A stretch of DNA of 64,000 nt from the human T2T-CHM13v2.0 reference genome, Homo sapiens: NCBI RefSeq assembly GCF_009914755.1, contig NC_060929.1, one strand, 5' to 3'. Made by a program: the position numbers and the translations under genes. The notes beneath the pieces were generated by a model that was not told the DNA's origin, made no database searches, and was given only the letters and a program-made list of their open reading frames with translations. Below, in pieces: positions 12,171 to 26,049 of the stretch. Numbering within the stretch: position 1 is the first letter of the stretch; each line of letters begins with the position of its first letter.

Positions 12171-12847
12171 GATAATCCAGGAATCCCACTGCTAAGTATG
12201 TATCCAAAGAAAGGAAATCAGTAAACCGATGAGACATCTGTGTGACCATGTTTACTGAAGCACTTTTAATAATATCCCAGGTATGGAATCAGCCCAGGAG
12301 TCCATCAACAGATGAATGAATAAAGAAAATATGATGTGGTATACATGGACAATGAAATATTATTCAGCCATTAAAAAAGAATAAAATCCTGTCACTTGCA
12401 GCAATAGGGATGAGCCTAGAGGACATTATAAGTAAAATAAGCTGGCAGAAAAAGACAAATATCACTCCTCTCAGTCATATGTGAGAGTTGAAAAAGAGAA
12501 TCTCATGGAGGTAAAATATAGAATGATGTTTCTACAGGTTGGGAAGGGTATGGGGAGGGATGGATGAAGAGAATTTGGTGAAGGGGTACAAAAATACAGT
12601 TAGATAGAATAAGTTTTAATGTTTTATAACACAGTAGGGTGACTACAGTTATCAATAATTTATTGTATATTTTTAAATACCGAAAAGGAATTATTTGAAA
12701 TGTTCCCATCACAAACAAATGATAAATGTTTGAGGTGATAAATATACCAATTACCCTGATTTGATCATTACACTTTGTATGCATGTATCAAAATATTACA
12801 TGTACTACATAAATATGTACAATTACTATGTATCAATAAAAAATAAA
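12171..12847 (+). mobile_element. L1MA 3' end (ORF2 tail plus 3'UTR)
   Basis: aatcccactgctaagtatgtatccaaagaaaggaaatcagta...ttaccctgatttgatcattacac...tcaataaaaaataaa. Confidence 0.9.
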
Positions 12848-15183
12848 CCTTTTGAATATTAGAAATGATACAAATATACAAGTTATCAGAATATAAATAT
12901 AGGGCAGGAAAAGGAAGGAATATACAGAGCTTTAACAGCAGGTTAATAAGTAGATAAGGAACAGATGTCAAACCAATTAAAGAAGGAAGTATTAAACAGA
13001 AAACTACAGCCAAGACTCTTAGTGCTCCAGAAATTATCCAAATAGATGACTAAGTTAAGATTTAATCCTTTAAAGTAAATTAGATATTTAAAAAGACATT
13101 TTTAGGGTGTCTATAAAATTTAAAATTAGAGTAGTGCTAGGAGCTCTAAAATATGCAAATATATGTATTACAATAAAATCTTTTTCATATAGGGCTTTTG
13201 AACCTCATGCAGGAAGAAACATTTTCATTCAATAATGTTAATAATTCTATAATGAATACATAAATAATGGAAGACAATGACAAAATGAGTAACTTTGGAA
13301 GAGAGTGCACGAGAGCTGGACCTTGTAGGAAAATAAGGATATCAACAGGCATCTTCACCTGGGGATTAAGAGAAAAGAATGCAGCAAGTAAAGCCACTGA
13401 GCAGCCTCCAATAGGTTCAGGGTATGAAAGATTTATTTGTGTAGAAAAAATTAGGAAGATTACAGTCCACCCTAGACTGCTATCCTCTCTGTGCTCATAT
13501 TTGAAACCCATCCCTAAGTAGATTGAGAGGAAAGAAATCACCACTGCTTAGTAGCTGGTCATCATGCAGCATTGGTTTGCCTGCCCTCTTTCACTTTTGT
13601 AAGCATCTTTCAAACTCCATAAGTCTCATTAAAAATCATAACATGTTGTGGCAAAATTTAGACCAAGCATAAGAGATCAAGAATATAAAATAACATGTGG
13701 ATATGTTAATTCTCCTACATAAAGGTAAACTCTGAAAAATAAAGCCAACCAGCTACCAGGACTTGGGACAACAACAGGCTTCTGTCTCCAGTACCCCAGT
13801 GTGGAGGAGTGTTCCACAAAAAGCCTAATCACCCCACTCCCAAAACAAAACCAGATGTTTTTGTTAAACAATACCAGACAAACTAAATAAGCATATTTTC
13901 TTGCTTTTAACTGTATCCACCAAATATATTGTGTCATGTTGATGCCAAATCCTGTTGGTCAACTTTATGTGCCACTGATTAATTAAAAATGGGAAAATCA
14001 ACTATCATTCAGTAAGTGCCTTGTTGCCAAAACTTTTCAAAAAATGAAATTTCTGAGTTAAAAGTAAAAGACAATTGAAGAGATTCCTGGTGATAAAAAA
14101 TGTTTGGGGAACACTGAACTAAATTTAAGGAATTATACAATGTTACATCTTTGTAGAAGATAATTTCAGTTAATAGCATTTTTCCATATTTATGTTCATT
14201 TTCTGGATAGTTGAAAAAAAATCAGTCTATTTTTTAATGATCAGTATTTTAATGCAAATATTAAAAATTTACTTTATCCTTCATGATGTTTTTCAAAGGG
14301 ATAGTTAAGTGGTCAAGAACAATATTTCTTCTCTCATAGTCTTAACCTGCTCTGAGATAGTCATTACAGTAGTCTCCAAAAATAAACTATTAAGATTTTG
14401 TCTTTGTACAGGTACTTTCAAAATAGCCACAGTATTAAGACAAATTGGTAATAATAGTAAATAAGTAATAATCGATCATCTGATTTTTTTATATTACTGT
14501 CAAAACAAGAATTAAGGCTTATCCCATCAATTTTTGAAAATCAAATGTCATCTGAAATATGTTTATCATGCAAGCCCAGTTTTGATTCTGAAACAGAATT
14601 TTACTATTCTACAGGGAGTTATAGCGCAAAACCAAAAAGACTAAACCAGAAATCAAGAACTCTGATCTAGTTTCAGATAAGGTACTAGCTTCTAGGGTTA
14701 AACCAATTGAGGAACTCAGAGGCAAAAGCCATACCTTGATTAACTCATGAAAGAAAATTAAATCAAGAATTCCTCAAAGTAGTAGAACATATGACATATT
14801 TAGCAATATTGCCAAATTAATTTAAAAAATCCAACCACCAAATTTTACTACAAATAATCTGACTTTTCATCTTGGAATGCTATAATTCTCTTTTTAGCTT
14901 CATTTCAGATTAATTTTCTAAAGAGGAAAACATACATTTATTTGTACAAGTATGAGAGAAATTATCATTTAGAATTTACGTAACAGACATACAGCTTCAA
15001 ATCTATTATGAAAAAATAAATATTTTTAAAGATTACCAGATTTTCATTACATTAGAAAAAATTCTTTGCAACATTTTATCTTTGGTCTTTACGCAAAGAA
15101 ATGAACATAAAGCAAAGCTATCTAAGCAGTGGAATTTGATAATCAATTTTCCAACATCTAATTTTATGTTGCATACTTTAGAA

Positions 15184-15978
15184 CAAGAGTTGGCAACCCA
15201 CGGCCTATGGGCCAAATCTGGTCCTCCACCTGTTTTTGTAAATAAAATTTTATTGGAACACAATCATGCTCATTCATTTATGTATTGTCTATAGTTGCTT
15301 TTGCACTTCGATGGCAAAATTGAGTAGTATGATCATACAGCTTGTAATACCAAACATGTATGCTACCTGGCCCTTTACAGAAAGAGGGTTGACTCAGGAG
15401 GTCTGGGGTGTTGAAATCCTGCACATTCCAATGAAAGGACTGACCCTTGACCAGCTCCTGGAAATAAGCTCTAAGTCCTTGGAATATCCTGCCTGGTAGG
15501 ACACAAAGACAAGGAGTGTCTTTGCTTATCTGGGTCCTTGGGCCAAGCCACATAGTTTGTGCTAACAGTGTGATTTATGGTGGGGTCCCTAGGCCACACA
15601 GTTTTAGTTTGACCTCTGAAGAACCTAGAAAATAACCCTCAATAAAATCTTTGGATACCAAGGCTTGGATGAGCTTCACTAGCTAGCAATACTTTGTATA
15701 TGTTGTCACACATTTTTTCTGGTGGAATTAAGCACTGGTCACATAACCACTGGAAGAAGACACATGGAAGCTTGAACTTGGTTTCTTCTGAACTTGGCCC
15801 TATGCATATTTTGCCTTTGCTGATTTTAACAGTATTCTTCTGCTGTAATAAACTTTCACTGTGAACATGATAGCTTTTCTGAGTTCTGTGGGTTGTTCTA
15901 GTGAATTATTAAATCTGTGGGTGGTCTTCAAGACCTCTAAACTTACCGAATCTTTCCCAAAATATTTGCCGATCCTTC
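15184..15978 (+). mobile_element. MER58A (hAT-Charlie), interrupted near its 3' end
   Basis: ttggcaacccacggcctatgggccaaatctgg...ttttgtaaataaaattttattggaacaca...ctggccctttacagaaa; terminal tttgccgatcc at ~15965. Confidence 0.85.
15378..15945 (+). mobile_element. MER77-like ERVL LTR
   Basis: cctgcacattccaatgaaaggactgacccttgaccagctcctgg...ttggaatatcctgcctg...ctgtaataaac...tctgagttctgtgggttgttctagtgaattatt. Confidence 0.75.
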
Positions 15979-16478
15979 CCCTGGCCATTTTTGAAATGTA
16001 AAATGTCAGATAAATAAAACTGATCATACTTAAGCTAATAAGACATATTTAAAACTTTTTAAAGTTCACATTCTTTTTTCTAACTTAACAATCATCCAAT
16101 TACATTTTTTAGCAATTTCAATCCCTGAAACAAGACCATTCAATCAGTAAACAACATCAAGCCAACCTACTTTCCTTAATCCAAGTTTGCAGTTCCTTAA
16201 CAAGTCCTCAATTATGAGTATTTTCAGCATATAATATTTATTTGGAATGATCACAAGAATAAACAACTCATGATGCATTCCCTACTGTAGCCAGCAGTGG
16301 CTGCCAAGATTTAAACTTATCAAAAATAAAATAAAATGAACCTTACTGTGAATGAACTTTATTCTTTTTTTTTAACCTCATACAAAAGTCAAGAAAGGTA
16401 ATAGGAAACTCAGTCCACATACTGAATTACTAAGTTTTGTCTTTAAGCAATATAAAAATAAATTTGCCATTATTGATT

Positions 16479-17067
16479 TGTAAAATAAAAAGCAAAATTT
16501 AGACCTAGCTAAAGAGAGATTATATTCAAAAGGATTATTTTACTAAGGAGAGAGGGACAATTGCCAATAGAGAGAAATCCTAACCTAAGATCTACAAGCC
16601 TTTCAAAAGTTAAACAGAAAGAGCTTTTCTTTTATACGAAAGAGTCAACAAGCCTAGAAAGAACCAGATGCAGGGAAGTGGAAGGAGGAAGGATGGCATG
16701 ATCTGACAGCAGCTCAGAGAATGTTTTCTCAGTGGTCAGCCTATTCTCAGAAGCTTGCAGTTAAGTAGGGGCGGTATGCTGGCTCAGGCCAAGGGAGGAT
16801 CAAATTTGAGAGCATAGGGAAAGGAGAGAAACTTTACTGAAGTTCAGTTAATAAGTATTTTGTTTCAGTGATCAATGGGGAAAAGAGAATTCAGCTAATC
16901 ATCTCTCTGGCCTTGTCATAGCTAAATAGGGGCATCCGTACGTCTGCCCCTATGGGACTTACAGATGCGGGGGAGGATTTTTTTCCAGAATATAAAGGTG
17001 TAGGGGGATCTCTTAATCCCCACTATGTTCCAGAAGCACAGGGCTCAGGTAAAATTCAACATCGTCA
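16479..17067 (-). mobile_element. MER67-family ERV1 LTR
   Basis: Minus strand begins tgacgatgttgaattttacctgagccctgtgcttctggaa and ends ttttaca. Confidence 0.78.
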
Positions 17068-17763
17068 GATCATACAATTAACAATGACAACAACAAATCA
17101 TTTAGGTAGTATGATGCTGTACAGCATTAGAAATAGAATAAGTGAATATAATGGGAGAATTGAATTAATTCATGGAAAATCCAAATAAGGTAAAGGAATG
17201 TTAATAATGTTTTAGCTGAAAAGAATGTCTTCAAAGTCATTTAATATTAAAGACACTACAGCAGTGAAAATGTCCTGTTAAAGGCAAAGGGAAAGTCAAC
17301 TTTTATGCCTTACTGATGTTGCAAGAAAATCTAAACTGGCCTCTAGAAACCTATACTAGTGTTGAGTTACATAGAAAGGGTTCCAAGAGTGGTGAAAAGA
17401 GCTATGATCCAAGCATCATCCTCTTGTCTCAGATTATGAGCTTAGAACAAGAAATTCCTTATATTTTCTTATATTATTTTTAATATTTGCAAAGCAAAGA
17501 CTGCACCAGGGGAATTTTAGTAATGGCAGTAATAAATAAGTCTTTTCAATTTGGGAAAAATTATATATCGTATTTCTATTTAAGTAATTTAGTTTAAAAA
17601 TAAAGATCATTGGCCTACACTCAGAGCAAGGCACTCGTTTAGGTAGTGGTTTGAGAGTGTGCAAAAACTAGATAAAGCCCTGACTTTGGGGGGCTTCATC
17701 TCAAGTGGAGAGGAAAGATAAAAGAAAGTAAATAAACAAAAAGACCATATTATTATAGGTAAT

Positions 17764-18137
17764 TGTTATGGGCTGAATTGCATACCTCCAAAATTCACGT
17801 GTTGAAGTCCTAATTCCCAGGACAACAGAATGTGACTATTTAAAGGTAAGGTTTTTAAGAGATAATTAAGATAAAATGAAGTCTTTAGGGTTAGCTTTAA
17901 ACCTATATGACTAGTGTCCTTATAAAAAGAGAGTGGGACACAGACACACACAGAAGGAAGATCATGTAAAGACATGTGGGAGAAGATGGTCATCTATAGG
18001 CTAAGGTGAAAGGCCTTAGAAGGAACCAGCCTTACCAATACCTTGATCTTGGATTTCTAGTCTCCAGAATTGTGAGACAATACATTTCCACTGATTGAGC
18101 CATGCAGTTTGTGGTACTTTGTTAGAGCAGTCCTAGC
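17764..18137 (+). mobile_element. MLT1B LTR (inside an antisense L2 relic ~17610-18360)
   Basis: tgttatgggctgaattg...tgttgaagtcctaa...gagaagatggtcatct...ccttgatcttggatttctagtctccagaattgtgagacaata. Confidence 0.88.
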
Positions 18138-21100
18138 TGCCACAGTTGCACAGCTATACAGTTTGCTTAGAGAAGTCAAGAGAAGATGTGTCAGAAGAGA
18201 TAACATTTTGATCTGAACAAATCATGTCAAAACCCAGGTAGCCACATTCCTGGCAGAGAAGACTGACTTTCAAAAGCCCCAGAGAACACGAATGAGGTCA
18301 ATGTGGCTGAAGGAATTGAGAAAACATGAGAGCTGAATGAGATGACTTTGGAGAGGTCATACTTAAATATGGTTCCCTGATTTTTGGCATCTATAAAACA
18401 CATGGAGAATATTTCAAGGCCCAGAGGTTGTGTTTTGTCTCCGTTTTCACTTTCAGAGTCCATAAGAACAAATCTTTTGGGCTGCCAAAGTCAAAATAAT
18501 AAAAATCATACTGAGAATTTGACAGGCTTTGTCATCCAAATAGTATATCTGTTGTCCATTGCAACTTGATTATCTTTAAAGGAGATAGAAAATAGGGTGC
18601 CATATGGAAGAAGCACAGAATAAAAATTGATTCAAGGAAGTACAGAAACAGAGTCACATAAACACTGAATTAGATAATTTGTGCTGAAAGGCATGTTTCC
18701 AAAATTGCTTATGATCTCAAATAATATAAAGAAGTTAATGGTTATCACCTCAACTCCCACACAGGATTAGACATACTGTGAAAACCTTACCGAATTGTAG
18801 GCCTAAGAAGACTTTCAGCTTTAAAAAGTCTTTCTCAGAACAGGCATATCAAACTCTTTAAGGTTATCAGAAGAAACACAATTTACACTGAAATTATAAA
18901 ATATATCAGGGATTGAAAATATATGACAGATATTTCTCCTCTCCCATTTTTGGCTCTGAAACTTCTGATAAATATCAACAATCTCTCCTGACCCCTTAAT
19001 AGCATCCCAATTATCTCAACTGGGATGCTCTCAACTGTTACAAGCAGAGTAATACTGTTTAAATTATTTGAATGTGTTTTTCCCCTTTGCATTTCTGTCC
19101 ACGTTACATTCTTAGTCGGCCTAGGCCTTAGAGTTACTACAGGAAATTACTACAGGGAATGTCACAGGGACATTTGGGGACAGAGAGAGGATTAACAGCT
19201 TGTCACAGCAAGAATATAAAGAGAAAAAAGAGATCATCTACTTTTCTTTGCAATAAGACAATAGGCTTGAAAGCACAGCTTTGTCAGAGGAAAGCAATGT
19301 CATAAGTTCCCTTATCTGCTATTTTGGAATAAGGATACAGGCTTAATGGCCTTCATAAATGAGCTTTATATTAGAGAGACATTGGCCAAACAGCAAGCAA
19401 AAGGTGGTAAGATTTCAGTGCTGACAGAAGCAGACACTCAGACACATGACGTGATATCCTTTCTCATGCCAAAAGCCCAAAAGGGGGACTTATGTTAGAA
19501 AGTTTGATAAAAACTTAGGATTCTAGAAGTCAGTTTTCTTATAGATTACCCCCAAGCAAACCTAGAAGCAGCCATCTCAAAATAAACTGAGTGAAATAAA
19601 GTGAAAAAAGACCAGCCATCCTTTGGTTCCCATGTGGCACAGTGTCCTGTGGGTACATGGAAGACAGCTGAGTTGAGCATCTATGGACCTGCTCCAAACG
19701 AAGGGAAATCCCAGGGCAAAAACCAAGAAGCTAACAGATCAGGTTAGGGAGTTGATTATGTTACCAGGTCAAAATCAACTGGTTAAGATCAATTGGGAAA
19801 TTTTTTAACGTAACAGAGAGACTAGTTATCATCAAAAGGGTAGTAACCCAGGCTAGTTATATCTAGCAGAGATCAGAAAAATTACAGAAGATTCCATATA
19901 AATTTCTGCTTTTCATCACCAAGAGGACATATATCATACCCTTTTCCATATGACCAACTTGAAAACGAACAAGGGAGAGAGTAGAACTCTAAGACTGAGC
20001 ATTTATCTAAAAGGTTATTTTATTATTACATTAGACTGAGTTACCAGTTTGGAGTCAAATCTTCGGTTGTCACCTCCATATACATATTATCCAGCAATAC
20101 AGATTTTAATGAGGAAAATCCAACCAGTTAATTTTTTTTAAAAGAGGTTATATTTTATCTGCTCCTGTCAGTATAAGTAAACTTTTAAACCTACTAGACA
20201 ATAAACTGTAACTATTCAAGTTTGTGGGCTAAGTCTTTTTCTTGGACACAACTAATGTGAATACTAAAAACGTTTTTCTCTATGATGCTCCTTTTTTCTA
20301 AATTGACCTGACTTTTCTCTAAAACCGTATCAGGTTGACACATTCTATTTGTAAAATGTCAATTCAGACTGGTTATATTAGGTCCTGCCAGCTTAGAAGA
20401 CATGAAATTTTTCTTTTGGGAGTTGTTTTCCTAATATCCATGGCCTTGATTAACAGTTTTTAACTAGAAGACAAATCTACTCGTTAATTCTCAAAGTTCT
20501 TCAGTGTTTGTTGAAGATGGGGTGGGAAAGGCAAAGGATGTTTCCAAATTCACAGCAAAGACAAAATTTAGCATATTGTTACCATTCACTCAAAGTAGAT
20601 TTATTTACAAAAGTATCATACAAATTACACTTTTTCTAATAAACATTAGAACATATTTAGACTGGCTATGAGTTCACTAACGTGCTTTAAACCACTGTCT
20701 CTTTCCCTGAGATTCTAAGTTTATAAATGGTTTTTCCCCTTCCTCCCTGCAACCCCTTCCCTCCCTGGCACAATATTCTCTAATTTTTCTAATTGGATTC
20801 CCTGGTTTTATCTTGTAGACATAAAAATTATCCCATGAGTAGACAGGGTTCACTTTGACTTCCATTTCTTTTATCTTCAATTTCAAAAGAAGTTCTTCAT
20901 GATGAGAAAAGACAACCACATGTACTTTTATGTAGAGCTATGCATTTCTGTAATTCTGAAAGTAAGAGGCATAACTTAATACTATGAAACTGTATGCTCT
21001 GTTCAGGTATTTATGCTTTCTCTGGGAAATGCTATTCTTATAAATGCATTTCATTTCAGTATTCTTAATGGGCTAGTAATGGAGCTACCTTACAAAGGAT

Positions 21101-21660
21101 AAAAACAAAAAGGAAATATTTCTTTATTTCTACTAAGCAATGGCGTCTTTTGAAACTATACTGCAAATGCTCGAATGGACAGCAAAACAAGATGAAAGTG
21201 ACAAACACAGAAGAACCTTTAAAAGCTTTGTTTCATGTATTTTCCATTATACAGAGGGTGCTATAATTTGATTTGTAATTTCATGTATTGTCTTACATGC
21301 ATAATTTGTACTTTTGTATATAAATATTACTGCTATTTCTTATAATCAGTTATCTTAATTATAAAAATACCAGATTTAAGTTTGTCTTATTGAAAATAGT
21401 TTTTAAAAACTCAACAGTTTTCACAAATGAGTTACTTAAACAAATTATAATAGTAGGTAATATCTTGATTGTTCAATTTGATGAAGTAAAAAGTAGAACA
21501 AATAGAGGTCCTGGATTGTTGACCAAGCATCTCTAGCCAGCAGATTTCTCTTCTGTCAAACGGGCAAATTGGACTTTACCTCCAAATCTGTTTTCAAGTC
21601 CACATTCCCATGGCTGACTATTCCAAACTACTGAATACTTTGAAAAGGTTGGTTATAATA

Positions 21661-24068
21661 TGACATAGTTTGGATATTTTGTCCCCACCAAATCTCATGT
21701 TGAAATGTAATCCCAAATGTTGGAGGTGGAGCCTGGTGAGAGGTATATTGCTTATGAGGGCAGATCCCTCATGGTTTAGTGCTATCCTTGCAATAGTGAG
21801 TGAGTAGTACTTGTGAGATCTGGTTGTTTAAGGGTGTGGTACCCATGCCCTCCTCCCAAGCTCCCAACTTCTTCTGGCTCCTGCTTTTGCCATCTGACAT
21901 GCAAGCTCCCACTTCACCTTCCGCCATGAGTGAAAGCTCCCTGAGGCCTTCCCAGAAGCTGGGCAGATGCTGGCACCATACATCTTGTACAGCCTGCAGA
22001 ACCATGAGCCAATTAAACCTCTTTTCTTTATAAATTACCCAGTCTCAGGTATTTCTTTATAGCAATGCAAGAATGGCCTGAAACAGAAAATTAGTACTGA
22101 GGGGTGGGGCATTGTATAAAGATACCTAAAAATGTGGAAGTAACTTTGGAACTGGGGAATGGGCAGAAGTTAGAAGAGTTTGGAGAGCTCAAAGGAAAAT
22201 AGGAAGATGAGGGAATGTTTGAAACTTCTTAGAGACTGGTTTAACGGTTGTGACCAAAATGCTGATAGTGATATGGTCAGTGAAATCCAGGTTGACAAGG
22301 TCTTGGATGGAAATGAGGAACTTATTGGGAACTGGAGCAAAGGTCACCCGTTTTATGCCTTAGTGAAGAGCTTGGCTGCATTCTGTTGAGGCCCTAGGGA
22401 TCTGTGGAAGGTTTAACTTCACAATGATGACTGATGGTATTTAGCAGAAGAAATTTCTAAGCAACATGTTCAAAATTGGGCTTGGCTGCTTCAAACAACC
22501 TATGTTCATATGTGGGAACAAAGAAATGACTTAAAGTTGGAACTTACATTTAAACAGTAAGCACAGTGTAAAAGTTTGAAAAACATGCAGCCTGGCCATC
22601 TGGTAGAAAAGAAAAACCCAATTTCAGAACATGAATTTAAGCAGGCTGTGGAGCCACAGTTTGCTAGAGAAATCTGCGTAACTAAAAAGGAGCCAAGTGC
22701 TAAAAGCCAAGACAATGGGAAAAAGGCCTTGAAGGCATTTCAGAGACCTTCTAGGCAACCCCTTCCATGACAAGCCCAAAGGCCCAGGACTACTAAATGG
22801 TTTCAGGAGCCAGGCCCAGGGCTCTGCTACCCTTCACAGCCTCAGGACACTGCTCCCCACATCCAGGCCACTTCAGCTCCGTCCTTAGCTCAGAGGGTAC
22901 CAGGAACAGCTCAGGCCACAGAACTGGAGGGCATAAGCCATGAGTCCACTTGGTGGCTTCCAAGTGGTATTAAGCTGGCAGGCACTCAGAGTGCAAGAGT
23001 AGTGGAGGGTTGGTAGCCTCCACCTAGATTTCAGAGGATGTATGAAAAAGCCTGGATGCCCAGACAGAAGGCTGCCGCAGTGGTGGATCCCTCACTGAGA
23101 ACCTCTGCTAGGGCAATGTGGAGAGGAAGTTTAGGCTTGGAAGTTCCACACAGAGTCCTCACTGGGACACTTCCTAGTGGAGCTGTGGGAGTGGGACCGC
23201 CATCCTCCAGATCTTAGAATGGTAGCTCTACCAGCAGCTTGTACCCTGTGCCTAGAAAAGCCACAGGCACTCAACAACCTGGACAACATCCATGGGAGCT
23301 AACCTCTGCAAAGCTGCAGGGGTGGAGTTTCCCAAAGCCATGGGAACCTACAAGGAGACTATTTTGGAGCTTTAAGATTTAATGACTGCCCTGCTGAGTT
23401 TTGAAACTGCATGGCCTATAGCCCCTTTCTTTTTGCTGCTATCTCTCTTTTGAAAGGGCAATGTTTACCCAATGCCTATACTGCCATTGTATTTCGGGAG
23501 TAAATAACTATTTTGATTTTACAGGCTCATAGATGGAAGAAACTTGCCTTGTTTCAGATGAGACTTTGGACTTTGGAGTTAGTGCTAGAATGACTTAAGA
23601 CTTTGGGGGACTGTTGGAAAGGCATGCTTGTGTTTTGCAGGGTGACAAGGACATGAGATTTGAGGGGCCAGAGTTGCAATAATATAGTTTAGATATTTAT
23701 CCTCATCCAAATCTCACATTGAAATATAATCCCCAATGTTGGATGTGGGGCTTGGTGGGAGGTGTATCGCTCATGAGTGTGGATTCCTCACAACAGTGAG
23801 TGAGTACTCATGAGATCTAGTTGTTTACATGTGTGGCACCTCACTCTGCCATTCCCTGTTGCTCCTGTTTTTGCCATATGACATGCAAGCTCTCGCTTCA
23901 CCTTCCACTGTGAGTAAAATCTCCCTGGGGTCTCCCCAGAACCCAAGCCAATGTCAGCGCCATATTTCCTATACAGCCTATGGAACCATGAGCCAATTAA
24001 ACCTCTTTTCTTTATAAATTACCTAATCCAGGTATTTCTTTATAGAAACGCAAGAACAGCCTAACACA
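21661..24068 (+). mobile_element. Complete MSTB MaLR provirus (5'LTR 21661-22085, internal 22086-23679, 3'LTR 23680-24068)
   Basis: Two homologous LTRs flank MST-type internal sequence (gaaaattagtactgag..., purine-rich tract before the 3'LTR); perfect TSD TAATA (21656-21660, 24069-24073). Confidence 0.93.
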
Positions 24069-24148
24069 TAATACAAGTCCAAAGAAATATGGCTTTTCTT
24101 CATTTGGTTTATATATTTGAAACTGCATTTTCAAGAAATGTTGGCTAG

Positions 24149-24587
24149 TGTACTGGGCTGAATGGTGGCCCAAAAGAATATGTCCATATCCTAATCCCTG
24201 GAACCTTCAAATGTTACCTTATTTAGGAAAAGGGTCTCTCTAGATGTGACTAAGTTAAGGAACTTGAGAAAGAGTATATTCTAGATTATCCAGGTAGGCT
24301 CTAAATGTAATCACATAGAGAGAGGCAGAGAAATTTTTGACATACAGAGAAGACACAGAAAAAAGAAAGAGGTAACATGACCACAAAGGCAGAGATTGGA
24401 GTCATGTGGCCACAAGCCAAAGAACTTCTGTAGCCATGAGAAGATAAAAGAGGAAATGTTTTCCCTCCTAGAGAAAGTACAGCCCTGCTCATACCTTGAT
24501 TCACTCTCTCACCCCTAGTATTGTAAGAGAATAAATTGCCACCCAGTACCTAGTAATTTGTTGTAGCAGCCTCAGAAAATGAATACA
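24149..24587 (+). mobile_element. MLT1C LTR
   Basis: tgtactgggctgaatggtggccc...ggcagagattggagtcatgtggccacaagccaa...gaaaatgaataca; TSD gctag/gatag. Confidence 0.88.
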
Positions 24588-26049
24588 GATAGATTGCCTG
24601 AGATTTATTTATTGGCAGTGCAGCCAGTGATGAAGACTCTCTCTTGTTTGACTTCTTGGTTCCCTTGAAACAAGATTCTACTCAGGGAGTCAGAGAAAGA
24701 GTCCAAGCCGCTGTGACGGCAGAGTCTTCTAGTTCCACTCATGTTTTTCATCCTAAAGGCTCATCTCTTTCTTTCTGCTCCCTCTTCCTTCAGTTTCTGG
24801 TGTTGTCCAGAACAGTACCAGTTACTTATTACATTCAGTGATTTATCACCCATTGGTATTTGAAAAGGAAAAGGGGAACATCCCCCAGCTTTCTTAGAGA
24901 AAAGTCTCAGAAAATTAGTCTGATGTTATTATAAGTAAAAATCTGTACTACATGAATTTGGAAGAATCAAAATGGGTTATATCTCAAGTTTCTTAAGAAA
25001 ATTTCCAGATGGTACTTCTGTAAACCCTCAACTATTGACTTCTTTACTCTCAGAACTGCTTTCATCTTTCATTCCCTACGTTAACCCTGTGAATTAACAA
25101 CTGTGGTATTTAATACTAAATAGGATATATAACTTCCTATTTGGTCGTCTCATGAATTAGTTTCTTTTATCTGTTTGAATATTGATTATATTCTCTTTTT
25201 TTTACCATTAATAATGGCCTAAACCTCATCAACTAGCATGCAAGCAAATAGAAAGCAAGATATTAAGTCAAGTTTACCCAGGAGGTTCAAATAAAGTAAC
25301 TTAGGCATAAACATGGTGGTAAATTCAAGCAGAAAGAGCCACATAAACAAAAACATCCAGATGGGAAAGTACATGGAGAAAGCTGTTTCTGAGAAAGGGC
25401 TAATTTCCTAGAAGTTGTTAGTCATAAGTTGTTCCATTAACAAACCCAGCAATTCATCTCTGGATAACTACTCTCACTCACTCTATCACCAGGTAGTTTT
25501 TCTAAGTGTGTCCTGTGTAGTATATATTTTGAAAAGTCTATAAACTCACTTTATTCCTAGAAATTAAAAAGTCTTTGGACCACATCAGATTTGATATGTT
25601 TTTCAATTAGTTTATTTGTATTTGGTTTGCATTTGGAAGAACAGAGCAATTTTCACCAATCTAATCTCATTAATCTCCAAGTCATCTTTCTGAGAGAGAA
25701 AAGCTACATAGCAGGCTATTCATTTTCTGTTCAATGAATTCTTGTGTCATTCTCTTTGCAGTTTAATGAACAGTTTCTCCAAATCCTCAAAGCAATTGAA
25801 GTGTTTATTTCAGCAAATAATATGTTTTCAGAAGCACACATTATTACAGAAGTCTTGCCTGGGAAACTTCTCCTGATATATTATGGCCTCTTATCCCACT
25901 GTGCAAAGGAAGGTCATAGTAATGCACGTTTATGCTTAGCTCAATGCTGCAGTCTTTCGCTAATAATAAAGTACTGGAATCTAGCAAGGCATTTAAATTG
26001 TCAAATAAACGAATTTTTTAAATATTAGTTTTCTTTCCAGGCAGTCTTG

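Noticed and set aside
19150-20200. Purine-rich stretch that may be an ancient LTR
   Set aside because: Could not assign a family or boundaries from sequence alone
22180-22770. ORFs in the MST internal region
   Set aside because: Decayed MaLR internal ORF fragments
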